A stretch of DNA of 64,000 nt from Octopus sinensis (Eukaryota), in assembly GCF_006345805.1 (NCBI RefSeq), contig NC_043002.1:105400001-105464000 (forward strand). The letters are read 5' to 3'. The translations under genes were made by a program, and so were the position numbers. The notes below the pieces were generated by a model that was not told the DNA's origin, ran no database searches, and saw only the letters and a program-made list of their open reading frames with translations. Each line of letters begins with the position of its first letter. Position 1 is the stretch's first letter. Positions 13,175-24,918 of the stretch are shown here, piece by piece.

Positions 13175-13553
13175 TGGAGGCGCAATGGCCCAGTGGTTAG
13201 GGCAGCGGACTCGCGGTCATAGGATCGCGGTTTCGATTCCCAGACCGGGTGTTGTGAGTGTTTATTGAGCGAAAACACCTAAAAGCTCCACGAGACTCCG
13301 GCAGGGGATAGTGGTGATCCCTGCTGTACTCTTTCACGACAACTTTCTCTCACTCTTACTTCCTGTTTCTGTTGTACCTGTATTTCAAGGGGCCGGCCTT
13401 GTCACTCTCTTTATCACGCTGAATATCCCCGAGAACTACGTTAAGGGTGCACGTGTCTGTGGAGTGCTCAGCCACTTACACGTTAATTTCATGAGCAGGC
13501 TGTTCCGTTGATTCGGATCAACCGGAACCCTCATCGTCGTAACCGACGGAGTG
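13175..13553 (+). mobile_element. Full-length tRNA-derived SINE (about 380 bp)
   Basis: A-box TGGCCCAGTGG and B-box-like GGTTTCGATTCC; highly similar to 24535-24918; possible 13-bp TSD CCTCTACATGCTG / CCTCCACATGTTG. Confidence 0.85.
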
Positions 13554-14506
13554 ACCCCCCTCCACATGTTGACTGATCTGATGGCATTTTTCTAGAATCA
13601 TTATGGATCGTTTAAGTTATTTTTGCGCTGTGGTACTTGTATTTCTTACGAACGAGCGTTAGGGGAGTGTTATTAATTTGTTTAAGATTTGTAAGTGGGT
13701 TGCTCATACAGAGGTATTTTTCTTGTGTGCGTGTGATTCCTTCATTCTATGATATGTTTTAGCCCAGAGGCTGCGGCCATACTGGGGCACTACCGTTGAT
13801 AGTGTATAAGATTGTAAGATTTTTAAAATATGCTGTTTTTGAGAAAGGTTGTACTTTGGAAAAGTATCGAAGGATATATCTATTAGGTATATTCCAAATA
13901 TACTTTTGTTTTCTAGTTTTGAGGGAACCTACTTGTGGGAATATACGTATGGAAGTAAGATGCTAGAGGTTTATTGCTTGTCTTCTTGGATTTGTATAAA
14001 TGCGTGTATATGTAAACACATGTTTCTATCTTGTTTTATAAATTTAAACCAAAATAGAGTTTGCATGAGTTGCATGCTACGTATGCGCATGCTTTCTTTT
14101 TTCATAAATGTGGGTATATATGACAATATGTTTGCGTGTGTAAGATTTATCGCTGTGACTACGAGTGTGGTTGTGGATTTATGCTGTTTGGTATTTGAGC
14201 CATGTTTTACACATGAATTTCTACTGCTGTTTGCAGCGTGACACGATTTCATTTATTTTATGATTTCACAATAACTTGAAACTCGTCCGACTTAAAGAAA
14301 TGTACGTGCGTGAGTATATATGTATATATATATGTATGTGTGTGAGTGTGTGTTTAGTGCGTGTGTGTGTACTTATGTATTATAATTCTATATCATAAGA
14401 GTTACAAGTTTTCACTCTAAGTACACATTTGTGTGCATCGGTATACGAGATTTTTGTAAAATTTCATGTTCATAGATAATCCTAAGCGTGGTGTACAAAT
14501 AACCGA

Positions 14507-14645
<139 letters not shown>

Positions 14646-14662
14646 TACACACACATATATAT

Positions 14663-14720
<58 letters not shown>

Positions 14721-14789
14721 ATATATATTAATATATATAATGGGGGTTGCGTGTGTGTTATAATTTCTAAATCTCTCTAAAGGATAGAT

Positions 14790-15030
14790 ACGGCAGCAGT
14801 ACTGGGTATTAATATTTATCACCAAACTAACGTAGCAGTGCAGAGAAATAGGACGAATGCTGCCGTTAATTATCTTCAAGAGGCCATCGCCTCTAGCTAG
14901 CTGTGTGACACAGAAATCTGCATCCATAACACCTTCCAGCAGAGGAGGTCATCAATTTCCTCTTTCTGGTTCAGCGTCCACAGACCGGTTTCGGTGTATT
15001 TGCCTCTTATCAATGTGAAGTAGCTTAACA
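14790..15030 (-). mobile_element. Penelope-terminus-like repeat (family C) with decayed HHR; homologues at 20960-21125 and 39876-40233
   Basis: Shared blocks GAGGCCATCGCC, AAATAGGACGAATGCTGCCGTT and CAGAC..GTTTC. Minus strand CACA-UUGAUAA..GAAAC CG GUC-UGUG. Confidence 0.65.
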
Positions 15031-15043
15031 GGCTCGCTGTTGA

Positions 15044-15074
<31 letters not shown>

Positions 15075-15084
15075 TCTCTCTCTC

Positions 15085-15137
<53 letters not shown>

Positions 15138-15173
15138 ACACAGATCTTGTGTCGATAGACCAGCTGGAAAAGA

Positions 15174-15211
<38 letters not shown>

Positions 15212-15596
15212 TTGAGACATTTAGAAATTCAATATTTCTAATTACGGTGACCAGTGAATAGATTTCACTGTAATTATATATATTTGCAAAGGCTTGGCAG
15301 GCATCTCAGCAAGCGGGACTCGATACCCTGGACTGATGACGGGCAAGACCCAGAAACATGCAAGTCTTCAGCTTGCTAGTCCTAGCTGCTGCTGGTGCTT
15401 GCCTCCCCTTTGCAAATATAAGGACACAGGAAATGTGGCAAAACCGACAGGAAGCGTCGATGCCTCCTAGGGCTATATAGCGGTGGTGTAATCCCCTTTA
15501 CGGGAATGTCACGCTATGTTGACATTATACACCCACTCTATCGCTCCCCCTCCGCTCATGTCCCTTTGAGACCTTTAGAAATTCAATATTTCTAAT
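15212..15596 (+). mobile_element. 354-bp HHR-containing unit bounded by 31-bp direct repeats (retrozyme/PLE-terminus-like)
   Basis: TTGAGAC(A/C)TTTAGAAATTCAATATTTCTAAT at 15212-15242 and 15566-15596 (30/31 identical); (TA)n on both sides. Confidence 0.7.
15328..15371 (+). ncRNA. Type I hammerhead ribozyme candidate
   Basis: CUGGA-CUGAUGA-CGGG CAAGA CCCA-GAAA-C AUGCAA G-UC|UUCAG: 5-bp stem I, full core, GUC triplet; the first pair of stem II is a C.A mismatch. Confidence 0.65.
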
Positions 15597-15617
15597 ATAT
15601 ATATATATATATATACT

Positions 15618-15665
<48 letters not shown>

Positions 15666-16330
15666 TAGATAGATAGATAGATAGATAGATAAATAGATAG
15701 AAAAATAGATAGATAGATAGACAGACAGATAGATGTGCATATGCAAATGTGCGCGTGTGTGTGTGCCGGTGTAATATTATATGTCAGTGTATCTGTCTGC
15801 ATACGCATACACACATCGATACGCCCCTTACACACCGGCATACATGTGAACGCTTGAATGTATATATATATATATATGTATGCATGTATGTATATATGCA
15901 TGTATGCGTGTGATTGTGCGAGTACATATGTGAAAAGATGTCCCTATGTATCTGACTATGTTTATGCAGAAATCGTGACTGAAGAAATCAATGAAAGAAA
16001 TAAATACAGAGAGAGCGAGAGAGAGAGAGAGAGGGGGGGGGAGAGAGAAGGAGAAACAATTTGTATTTATATGAATATCTTGTTAAAGGTCAACTGATAA
16101 TCCTAATCATAAAGTGGGTGTGGTCATCGTGGCAGCAGTGAGTTCCGATACACCAAACACTGTTTTAACGCAATCTTCCCAAAGTAGGTTGCAGCCTCAT
16201 TTATCCTCTCCTCCTTCATTTCTATAAATACAAGATGGAATCTTGATACCATCTAATTCTTTTTTTACTTTCATGTTAAATTTGTGCATAGCAGGTTCTT
16301 CAAAATATATCCCCGAAATCTCTCTGTCAT

Positions 16331-16364
<34 letters not shown>

Positions 16365-16553
16365 AATATACGTGTGTGTGTTTGTGTGTGTGTGTATTTT
16401 TCCGTTGTTAACAATTAACACGAAAAAAATAGATAAATAGTTACCTGGGTAGCAAAAACAACACAGGTAGAAACTTTAGGTTTACGTGAAATATTTTTAC
16501 GTGAAATAAATAAATAAATGGAATTAAACGCGAGTGTTATTCAAATTCTTTGA

Positions 16554-16640
16554 CTTCCGACACATGTTTCGAAGATATCAGTGGTATTATTCCAAAGGAA
16601 TAAAATGGTGTAAAACAATGTAATCTTCTCTTCAGGGAAA
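16554..16640 (-). ncRNA. Type I minimal hammerhead ribozyme with canonical core
   Basis: UUUCC-CUGAAGA-GAAGAU[46-nt loop]AUCUUC-GAAA-C AUGU G-UC|GGAAG: 5-bp stem I, 6-bp stem II opened by G-C, palindromic ACAUGU stem III, GUC triplet. Confidence 0.75.
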
Positions 16641-16702
16641 TGAAGAAATGAAGCTCCTCAAAAGACATTTTAACAGAAAATGATAGATATGTATGGTGAT
16701 TA

Positions 16703-17053
16703 TACCAGTGTAAAATTACTTCTGGTAATGAAGCATTTTTTTACATAGGAAGCTCATCTTCTCAATTATCTAAAAGAATTTCCAATCATTACTCTACATT
16801 TAAGGATAGGAATAAACGTAACAGTACAGGGTTTAGTAAATTAATTTGGTATCTAAAAGACCACAATAAACGATTTAATTTAGATTGGTTGATTCTCTCA
16901 ATCTCGATTCCTTATGACAAAGGCAAGGAATTATGTGTTCTCTGTAATTCTAAAGTATTTTTTCTTCTTTTTTCTAAAAATCCCCTTGTAAACACGGTTA
17001 GAGAGTGTGCATACCGATGTAAACATTGGCAGAAACACACCTTAAGTTCATAA
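16703..17053 (+). pseudogene. Penelope-like element C-terminal GIY-YIG endonuclease domain (116 stop-free codons, no start codon)
   Basis: Hand translation: YQCKITSGNEAFFYIGSSSSQLSKRISNHYSTFKDRNKRNSTGFSKLIWYLKDH..WLILSISIPYDKGKELCVLCNSK..PLVNTVRECAYRCKHWQKHTLSS*. Shows YIG, R..NH, CxxC, terminal N and CxH, as in PLE endonucleases. Confidence 0.85.
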
Positions 17054-17381
17054 GTGATATCTATCATTATATATAATTTAAACACTAATTGTCTTCTTAG
17101 AGTTCACACTCACTAGATATATCTTTTTCCAAGTCTATATGGTTTTATTTAATATATAATTATATATTTCTCGTTTATTTGGTATTTTTATCTCTCCTCT
17201 TTCTATAGGCTACCTTTGATGTTATATCCTCTAACATTTTTTGAAACAAACTTAATGGCGTTCAGTTAATCACCATACATACAATCTGCGTCTGCCTTTG
17301 GGTGGTGCATCTTATTGCAAGTCAACAGCTTATGGATTTCTTGTCAACCTTCCTTATTTCACTCATATCCACCTTATACAC

Positions 17382-17447
<66 letters not shown>

Positions 17448-17496
17448 TATTATTATTATATTATCATTATTATATATTATTATTGTTATTATTATT

Positions 17497-18053
17497 GAGT
17501 GAGAGAGCAGTGCATACCATCAAAGTGACATTGGAGTAAAATATACGAAGCCCAGTATACCCATCATGACTACCCGTCTAATAAGGATACACTAGACACA
17601 TGCATCACAACCATTTGTGCCCGACATGGTGATCGCATATCACGATAAACAGCATATGACCTTGCAGGTGGAACCCAGTTAGAATTGCCTTCTGGTTGAG
17701 TAGCCCATCCCGCTCAAAAGGTCTCATGAATAAGGATTGTTTAAGGATGTTGAACGAAGCAACCATGTTTCCAGAGGTAAATTATTCAATCCACAAAGAA
17801 TCCCTCTCAACACATGGCTATGATGCTCCCCCACTACTTCTGCTCGTGATCAGAGATGCAAATATCGTCAGCCACTAAGGGACATGCTCAACTGGTTAAG
17901 GTCAAACAACTGACAAGCAAATCTGTGGCATTGAGCAGAATATTTGCTGTAGCCCATCTTTTATACCAAGACAAAATAATGTACGTGATAACACTTCCAA
18001 TCAGTTAAGATGAGAGGCCACGAGAGCCATTGCCTGGTACTGCATGAGGGCAT
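17497..18053 (-). mobile_element. About 560-bp dispersed retroposon embedded in (ATT)n; copies at 36556-37128 and 52241-52642 (truncated)
   Basis: The three copies align. All share an end at (AAT)n on the minus strand; the third copy is truncated at the other end. Confidence 0.8.
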
Positions 18054-18302
18054 TTATTATTATTATCATTATTATTATTATTATTATATTATTATTATTA
18101 TTATTTTATTATTATTATTATTATTATTGCAGTTGTGTTTGTTATTTGTTTTATTAAAGTCTCTTAAGTACATTGACACGAAACTCTACGCTCATGATTA
18201 AATGTAATTTCTCGGCTAATAAAAAATACTGCTTTATGCAGTATATATGCAAAACCAAACGTGCACATATATTCGCATACACAGACAGACACACAACATA
18301 CA

Positions 18303-18370
<68 letters not shown>

Positions 18371-18408
18371 CCCTTTGACATATATACATATATATGTATA
18401 TACACATA

Positions 18409-18462
<54 letters not shown>

Positions 18463-18949
18463 GTGATTATATATATATATACATAATATATATATGTGTA
18501 TATATATATATACATACATATATATGCATGTAGTATGTATATATATATATATGCACTCACACACACAGATATATTTATGTAAATATAATTATATATTTCA
18601 AATACGTTGTGACATTGAGCTCTGAAGTAATGTGCTTTTAATCCGGCTTTTCCATTACAAAGGGATAATCTTTACCTTATTACTTTAAAATATCAGGAAC
18701 TTTAATTTTGTTTTGTTTTAAGATAATCAATAAACACTCCCCCCCCTCCTCCACCTCACCTTAATTTCGTTTCTCTTATTTCTTTCTGCATTCGTCCTTC
18801 TTTTTCTTTCTTACCCTCTACTTTTCATTCTCCCTCTCTCCCTTCTCTCTCTTTAGCACATTCCTATCTTTAAAAAGATGTTTCTCACTCTATCTCTCTC
18901 TCTTTTATTTAATCTCATCTTCTCGTCCTCTCTCTCTCTCTTTCTCATA

Positions 18950-19003
<54 letters not shown>

Positions 19004-19021
19004 TTATTATTATTATTATTA

Positions 19022-19057
<36 letters not shown>

Positions 19058-19080
19058 CATTATTATTATTATTATTATCA

Positions 19081-19136
<56 letters not shown>

Positions 19137-19158
19137 GTTGTTGTTGTCGTTGTTGTTG

Positions 19159-19189
<31 letters not shown>

Positions 19190-19858
19190 CATTATATATT
19201 CTGCTCGTCCCCCTTTTTCTCTTCGCAGTTCACGTTCAAATACTTATTCTTTCTCTTTCTTAATCACCTTCTCACTCATTCGTTTTTATTCTATGTCACT
19301 TTTCTATTTCTCATTATTTCAAACGCATTACCGCTTTTATCTGTATGTCTATCTGTCTGGCTCTATGTATGTATGTATGTATGTATGTATGTATGTATGT
19401 ATGTATGTATGTATGTATGTATGTATGTATTTATGTATGTATGTATGTATGTATGTGTGTATGTATGTATGTATGTATGTGTGTATGTATTTATGTATGT
19501 ATGTATGTATGTATGTATGTATGTATGTATGGATAGGTGGATGGATGGATAACTTTTTCTGTTCTTTCTCTCAAACTTAGTAATGTGTGAGGTTGACAAA
19601 TGTTGACAAGTTGAACATTCCATGAATATCGACTCCTCTAGTGTACAAATAATAATAACAGAAGCAGTAGTTGCAACTACGGCAGCATTAATAATGGTTA
19701 CCATAGTCATGACGATAATAATATTATAATATATAATAATAATAATAATAATAATAGTAATAATAATATATAATCGTAATATAATAATGATGATGATGAT
19801 AATATAATAATAATAATAATAATAATATATAATAATGATAATAATAATAATAATGATA

Positions 19859-19893
<35 letters not shown>

Positions 19894-20024
19894 GTAAAAA
19901 TACAATGATGATAATAATAATAATAATAGTAATAATAATAATAATTTATTGATGATAATATATAATAATAATAATAAAATATAATATAATAATATAATAA
20001 TAATAATAGTAAAGTAATAATAAC

Positions 20025-20071
<47 letters not shown>

Positions 20072-20139
20072 GTAATAGTAATAATAACAATGATGTTATA
20101 ATAATAATAATAATAATAATATTAATAATAATAATAATA

Positions 20140-20177
<38 letters not shown>

Positions 20178-20265
20178 TAAATAAAATAAAGAAGAAGAAG
20201 AAGAAGAAAAGAAGAAAGAAAGAAGAAGAAGAAAAGAAGAAGAAGAAGAAGAAGAAGAAGAAGAA

Positions 20266-20521
20266 GCAGTTGTGTCGATGAAAAGGTAGCAGTAGTACCA
20301 ATAATTGCCGCAGTCCTGGGAACAGAGAACGAAAATCTCGAGAAGTACGTGGAACAATTAGGGACTGCAGTAAGGATGGATCACTTGCTAGAAAACAGCT
20401 CTGCTTGGAACCGTTCGAATACTCCGCAAGGTGCTCGAAAAATAAAAGGTGTTACCTTAGCTCACTGGTAGTGAACAGCTGACACTGTAGTACATCTTCA
20501 GCGTTCGAAGCTGTGCAAAGG
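20266..20521 (+). mobile_element. R4/Dong-type retrotransposon 3' end followed by (TAA)n
   Basis: ..KVAVVPIIAAVLGTENENLEKYVEQLGTAVRMDHL(fs)KTALLGTVRILRKVLEK* (stop 20443-45), short UTR, then (TAA)n. Confidence 0.8.
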
Positions 20522-20620
20522 TAATAATAATAATAATAATAATGATAATAATAATAACAACAACAATAATAATAATAATAATAATAATAATAATTATAAT
20601 AATAATAATTATAATAATAA

Positions 20621-20807
20621 TGATAATCTCAAACAAACATTTTTCTTATGGTCTCTTAAACATTCTCAAGAACAACACTGTACAAAACCAAATATATGGC
20701 ACCCTAGGCATAATACCAACATGAACTTCTAACTTGTAGTCCCTTGAGGTCTCTGGGTGAGACTTGGAGCCAACTTGTACAAATGTAAAGCAAAAGTCAA
20801 GCATAAA
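20621..20807 (+). mobile_element. Probable 3'UTR fragment of another (TAA)n-associated retroelement
   Basis: Unique block between (TAA)n and a GAA-rich tract; family assignment is from recollection only. Confidence 0.35.
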
Positions 20808-20880
20808 AGAAGAAAGAGTAGGAGAGGAGGAGAGGAGGGGAGTGGGAGGGGGAGGAGAGGAGAAGGAAGAAGAAAGAGAA

Positions 20881-20915
<35 letters not shown>

Positions 20916-21174
20916 AGAAGAAGAAGAAGAAGAAGAAGAAGAAGAAGAAGAAGAGAAGAAGAGGGGAGGTCTTCGGACAGGAGAGGTCTTCTGCTTCCCC
21001 ATGCTGGTTCAGGCATGCACAGACTAGTTTCAGTGTATTTGCCCTTTATCAACGGCAGCATTCGTCCTATTTTTCTGGACTGCCATATTAGCTTGGCGAT
21101 AATTATTAATGCCCAGTATTAATAGAGAGATTAAGAAATAATAATATACTATAATATAATATAATATATATATA

Positions 21175-21220
<46 letters not shown>

Positions 21221-22213
21221 TATGTATATACATATATATGTATATATATGTATATGAATATATATGTAATGTGTATTTTGAGATACACATGAATAAATAT
21301 TTGGCGATAAATTTGAAGAAAAATGAATAAATCCTCTCTTCCTTTATGTATTAGTTTCTCAACCTTTCCTGCCGCGGGAAAACAATTCTGTTGTGAATTA
21401 GAAGCAGCTCGAGGTGAATAGACACAATCAAACAGATATACACAAACCATGTGTGTGTATGTTTTTCAGTGTCTGTGTCTGTCTGTGTGTTTGTGTGTGT
21501 GTGAGCACGCGTGTGTGTGAGTGTGTGTGTGTGTGTGCGCGTATTTGAGTGCGTGTGTGAGGGCGCGTGTGTGTACTTGTGTGTGTGTGTGTGTACTTGT
21601 GTGTGTACTTGTGTGTGTACTTGTGTGTGTATACATCCAAGGACTTTAACGCCAGGCGCATTGAGAATACATTCTGTGTACGCCTGAAACGCAGCCCAGC
21701 CACGAACGACCAACACACAGATAATATACGTGTAGTAACATTGTATCGGTGTGAAGCATGATCTCGTTTGTTTCATAAGTAAAGAGAATCATTAGCAAAG
21801 TCTCCCATTAGTCAATATCTGTCGACGCCGAAACGGTTAATTTATGACTCTCTTCATTTTCAATAGTTCAACATATTATTCCACTGGTCTGGAAAGAAAA
21901 CTCCATAAACATAGAAATATATGTAATTAGTGAATCCATCTCTTTACGGATCAAATGCTGGTAAGAAAAAATATTATCTTGTAAAGTTCCAAATAGTTTC
22001 CTAAATATATCAAAATTTATGAAAAGGCGATCATATGTGTGTTCATACGAGCTTTTGTTTTCGAGTTATAGCGAAAGCTGATTACTCAGTTCGTTTGCTA
22101 GAGTAGATATTTATTTCTTTTTAACACGAGTAGTGTTGATAGTGACTTCGAAGTTGCAGCCAGCTTAACCATCTCCGTACGGTCTCTGTCAGCTCTATTC
22201 TTGTTCAAGTATA

Positions 22214-22265
<52 letters not shown>

Positions 22266-22727
22266 ATATATACACACACAAACACACGCTATTGTTTAAA
22301 ATTCAGCCTCAGATGCTGTCAGTTAAATAGTCTTTGTCGGTCATAACAGATTTGTGGCCGAAGTAATAAAAAGTAAAACTTGTCTGAAACTACTATGAGA
22401 TAGTAAAATGTTACTTACCAAAGACCTGTAACATATTGCTCGCATCTGTGAATCGCATTTAAAACAAATACTGGCACCAGCGATGCTTTTTTTAATTATA
22501 ATTGAGCTTTCATTTCTCAAGAACATAATACGATCAAAAGTATGAGACCTTCTGCATAGACTTGTATTAGTCTAAAGCACAGCGTTTGAATATAGTGTGG
22601 ACTGTTGTTGCTGTCTCAGTATGAAAACAGTAAACACCTTGTCATGCTGAATCTAATACTTGATGGATGGTCTTCCATTGAAAAGATATCTTTTATCTTA
22701 CAGTTCCATAAGAGAAGAAGAATTATG

Positions 22728-22879
22728 TACATTAAATACATTATTTACGTTTGACGGATATTTGTCCTCATCTTCTTTGTTGTTAACACAACGTTTCGCC
22801 CGATGTACTCTCCAGCTTTCATCCGGTGTCTTGGGGAAATTTCGGACCTGGGTTCTCATTCCTAAGGTATTTTTCGATG

Positions 22880-22880
<1 letters not shown>
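22728..22880 (-). mobile_element. Penelope-terminus-like repeat (family B), inverted relative to 23331-23486; HHR core mutated (CGGAUGA)
   Basis: Reverse complement aligns with 23331-23477 (AGGAATGAGAACCCAGG..GAAACGTTGT..GATGAGGACAAATATCCGTCAAA). Confidence 0.75.
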
Positions 22881-22925
<45 letters not shown>

Positions 22926-22931
22926 GCCCAC

Positions 22932-23036
22932 GAGCATATGGCGTAGTGGTTAAGAGCGCGGGCTACTAACCCCAAGATTCCAGGCAGTAACCTGAATAAT
23001 AATAACAATAATTATAACAACAACAACAACAACAAC

Positions 23037-23079
<43 letters not shown>

Positions 23080-23486
23080 TAATAATATAATAATAATAAT
23101 ATAATAATAATAATAATAACAATAATAACAACAACAACAATAATTATTATAACACACAGAAAATTGCACTACTAGGCACTGCACACATCCTACGCAGAAC
23201 ACTTTCCATACAATAACCATCAGAGCATCACAACAAATCACAGCACATACCCAAAGCACACAGAGCTGCGCTCGGTAGTGAAGTGAAAGCACGCTATAAA
23301 AATAAAACTACTGAATAATAATAATAATGATAACATTGAAAAAATATCTTAGGAATGAGAACCCAGGTTCGAAATTAACCCAACACACCTGATGAAGGCT
23401 GGAGGGTATATCGGCCGAAACGTTGTATTAACAACAAACAAGATGAGGACAAATATCCGTCAAATGTGAATAATGTAAATAATGTA
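22932..23486 (+). mobile_element. Composite element: tRNA-like head + (TAA)n linker + family-B HHR-like tail, with a nested R4 fragment
   Basis: Head TGGCGTAGTGGTTAAGAGCGCGGG CTACTAA CCCC (A-box and anticodon-like arm; no intact B-box). Tail has CUGAUGA-A-GGCUG..CGGCC-GAAA-CGUU at 23389-23424. Confidence 0.55.
23150..23313 (+). mobile_element. R4/Dong-type 3' end nested in (TAA)n
   Basis: QKIALLGTAHILRRTLSIQ* (stop 23214-16), UTR, then AATAATAAT. Confidence 0.8.
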
Positions 23487-23489
23487 TCT

Positions 23490-23690
23490 TTTTGCAGCAC
23501 GGATTTTTGTCAGTGAACAGGTCGCGGATTTTAGCGACGAAAATATTTTGACAAATTAAACTTAAATGTTGAAGTGAATCGAACGGCTTTTGTGTGTTTC
23601 TTAAATGGCTTATAAACACCTTCCACGCTGCAATTGTTTTCGTTTCAGCACACGATCTCAGATCAAATTACTTGCTATGCGAGTACATCT
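23490..23690 (+). mobile_element. Dispersed repeat family E (other copies 29294-29494 - and 29504-29610 +; degenerate trace near 8675)
   Basis: About 200 bp near-identical to the reverse complement of 29294-29494. Confidence 0.85.
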
Positions 23691-24534
23691 CCGTAATGCA
23701 TCTTTTATCTTTTCTTTTATTCTTTATTTGTTTAAGGCTACGCAAGGACACTGCCTTGACGAGTTTCAGAGGAACCGATCGATCCCAGGACTGACTTTTT
23801 TAAAAGTTCATTATATTTTTATTCATTTCTTCTGTGCAACCACTGAATTATTTGGCAGACGTAAAAACAGCACAGCCGTCATTCAGCAGCGACACAGGGA
23901 CAAACAACCACACACACAATTGGCTTCTACACAGGAATCGGTGTTTAAGTAGAAAACGCAATCATAAAAGACTAAAAAATATTTAGTAATGCGAGTAAGA
24001 TGTGAATAGTAAAGTTTGTAGGGAATAGAGTGACGGTGAATTACTATAAAACGTTCAATCCGACGAAAGCCGGGAAAGGAAGAAATTATTGAGACATCGA
24101 TTCAGTTGGAGAATAAATTCTCTGTGAAAAAGCTTTTGCTGAAATTTGATGAGATATTAGGAAATAACGCGGCAATTGAATAATTTTCTTGCGAACAGGA
24201 TATTAAATCTTGAAATTAAAAGCGTTTACCTTATCAAATACGAAAATGAAAATATTGGCCCTTTGCATATTGTTTCCAAAACATGCAAAATGCCAGAAGT
24301 CCCGAGAAAGGACTATCGGCCTCAGTTTCTTACAGACACTTTATTTTATCAACTCCAGAAAGATAAGAGGCGAAGTAGACCTCAGCGGAATTTGAACGCA
24401 GAATGCGAAATTAGTAGCCGACACTCTAATAATATTTGTATGCGATTTCGGCACAAACCTCTTCGTATTGTGGGAAGTGCATTAGATAACATCACGGGTT
24501 TACGTTGATGAGTGGATCCTTATTTCAGCAAGTG

Positions 24535-24918
24535 TGGAGACGCAATGGCCCAGTGGTTAGGGCAGCGGACTCGCGGTCATAGGATCGTGGTTTCGATTCC
24601 CAGACCGGGCGTTGTGAGTGTTTATTGAGCGAAAATACCTAAAAGCTCCACGAGGCTCCGGCAGGGGATGGTGGTGATCCCTGCTGTACTCTTTCACCAC
24701 AACTTTCTCTCACTCTTACTTCCTGTTTCTGTTGTACCTGTATTTCAAGGGGCCGGCCTTGTCACTCTTTGTGTCACGTTGAATCTCCCCGAGAACTACG
24801 TTAAGGGTGCACGTGTCTGTGGAGTGCTCAGCCACGTACACGTTAATTTCACGAGCAGGCTGTTCCGTTGATTCGGATCAACCGGAACCCTCGTCGTCGT
24901 AACCGACGGAGTGCTTCC
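24535..24918 (+). mobile_element. Full-length tRNA-derived SINE with a 51-bp flanking direct repeat
   Basis: Same family as 13175-13553; flanks 24484-24534 and 24919-24969 are identical at 50/51. Confidence 0.9.

Noticed and set aside
13175-13250. tRNA gene (also at 22932, 24535, 32616 and 41248)
   Set aside because: No complete cloverleaf or Pol III terminator; each continues into a SINE body.
17497-18053. snRNA/rRNA-derived or HDV-ribozyme-bearing element
   Set aside because: No convincing U2/rRNA match by eye, and my attempted HDV pairing lacked P1.1 and a clean P1.
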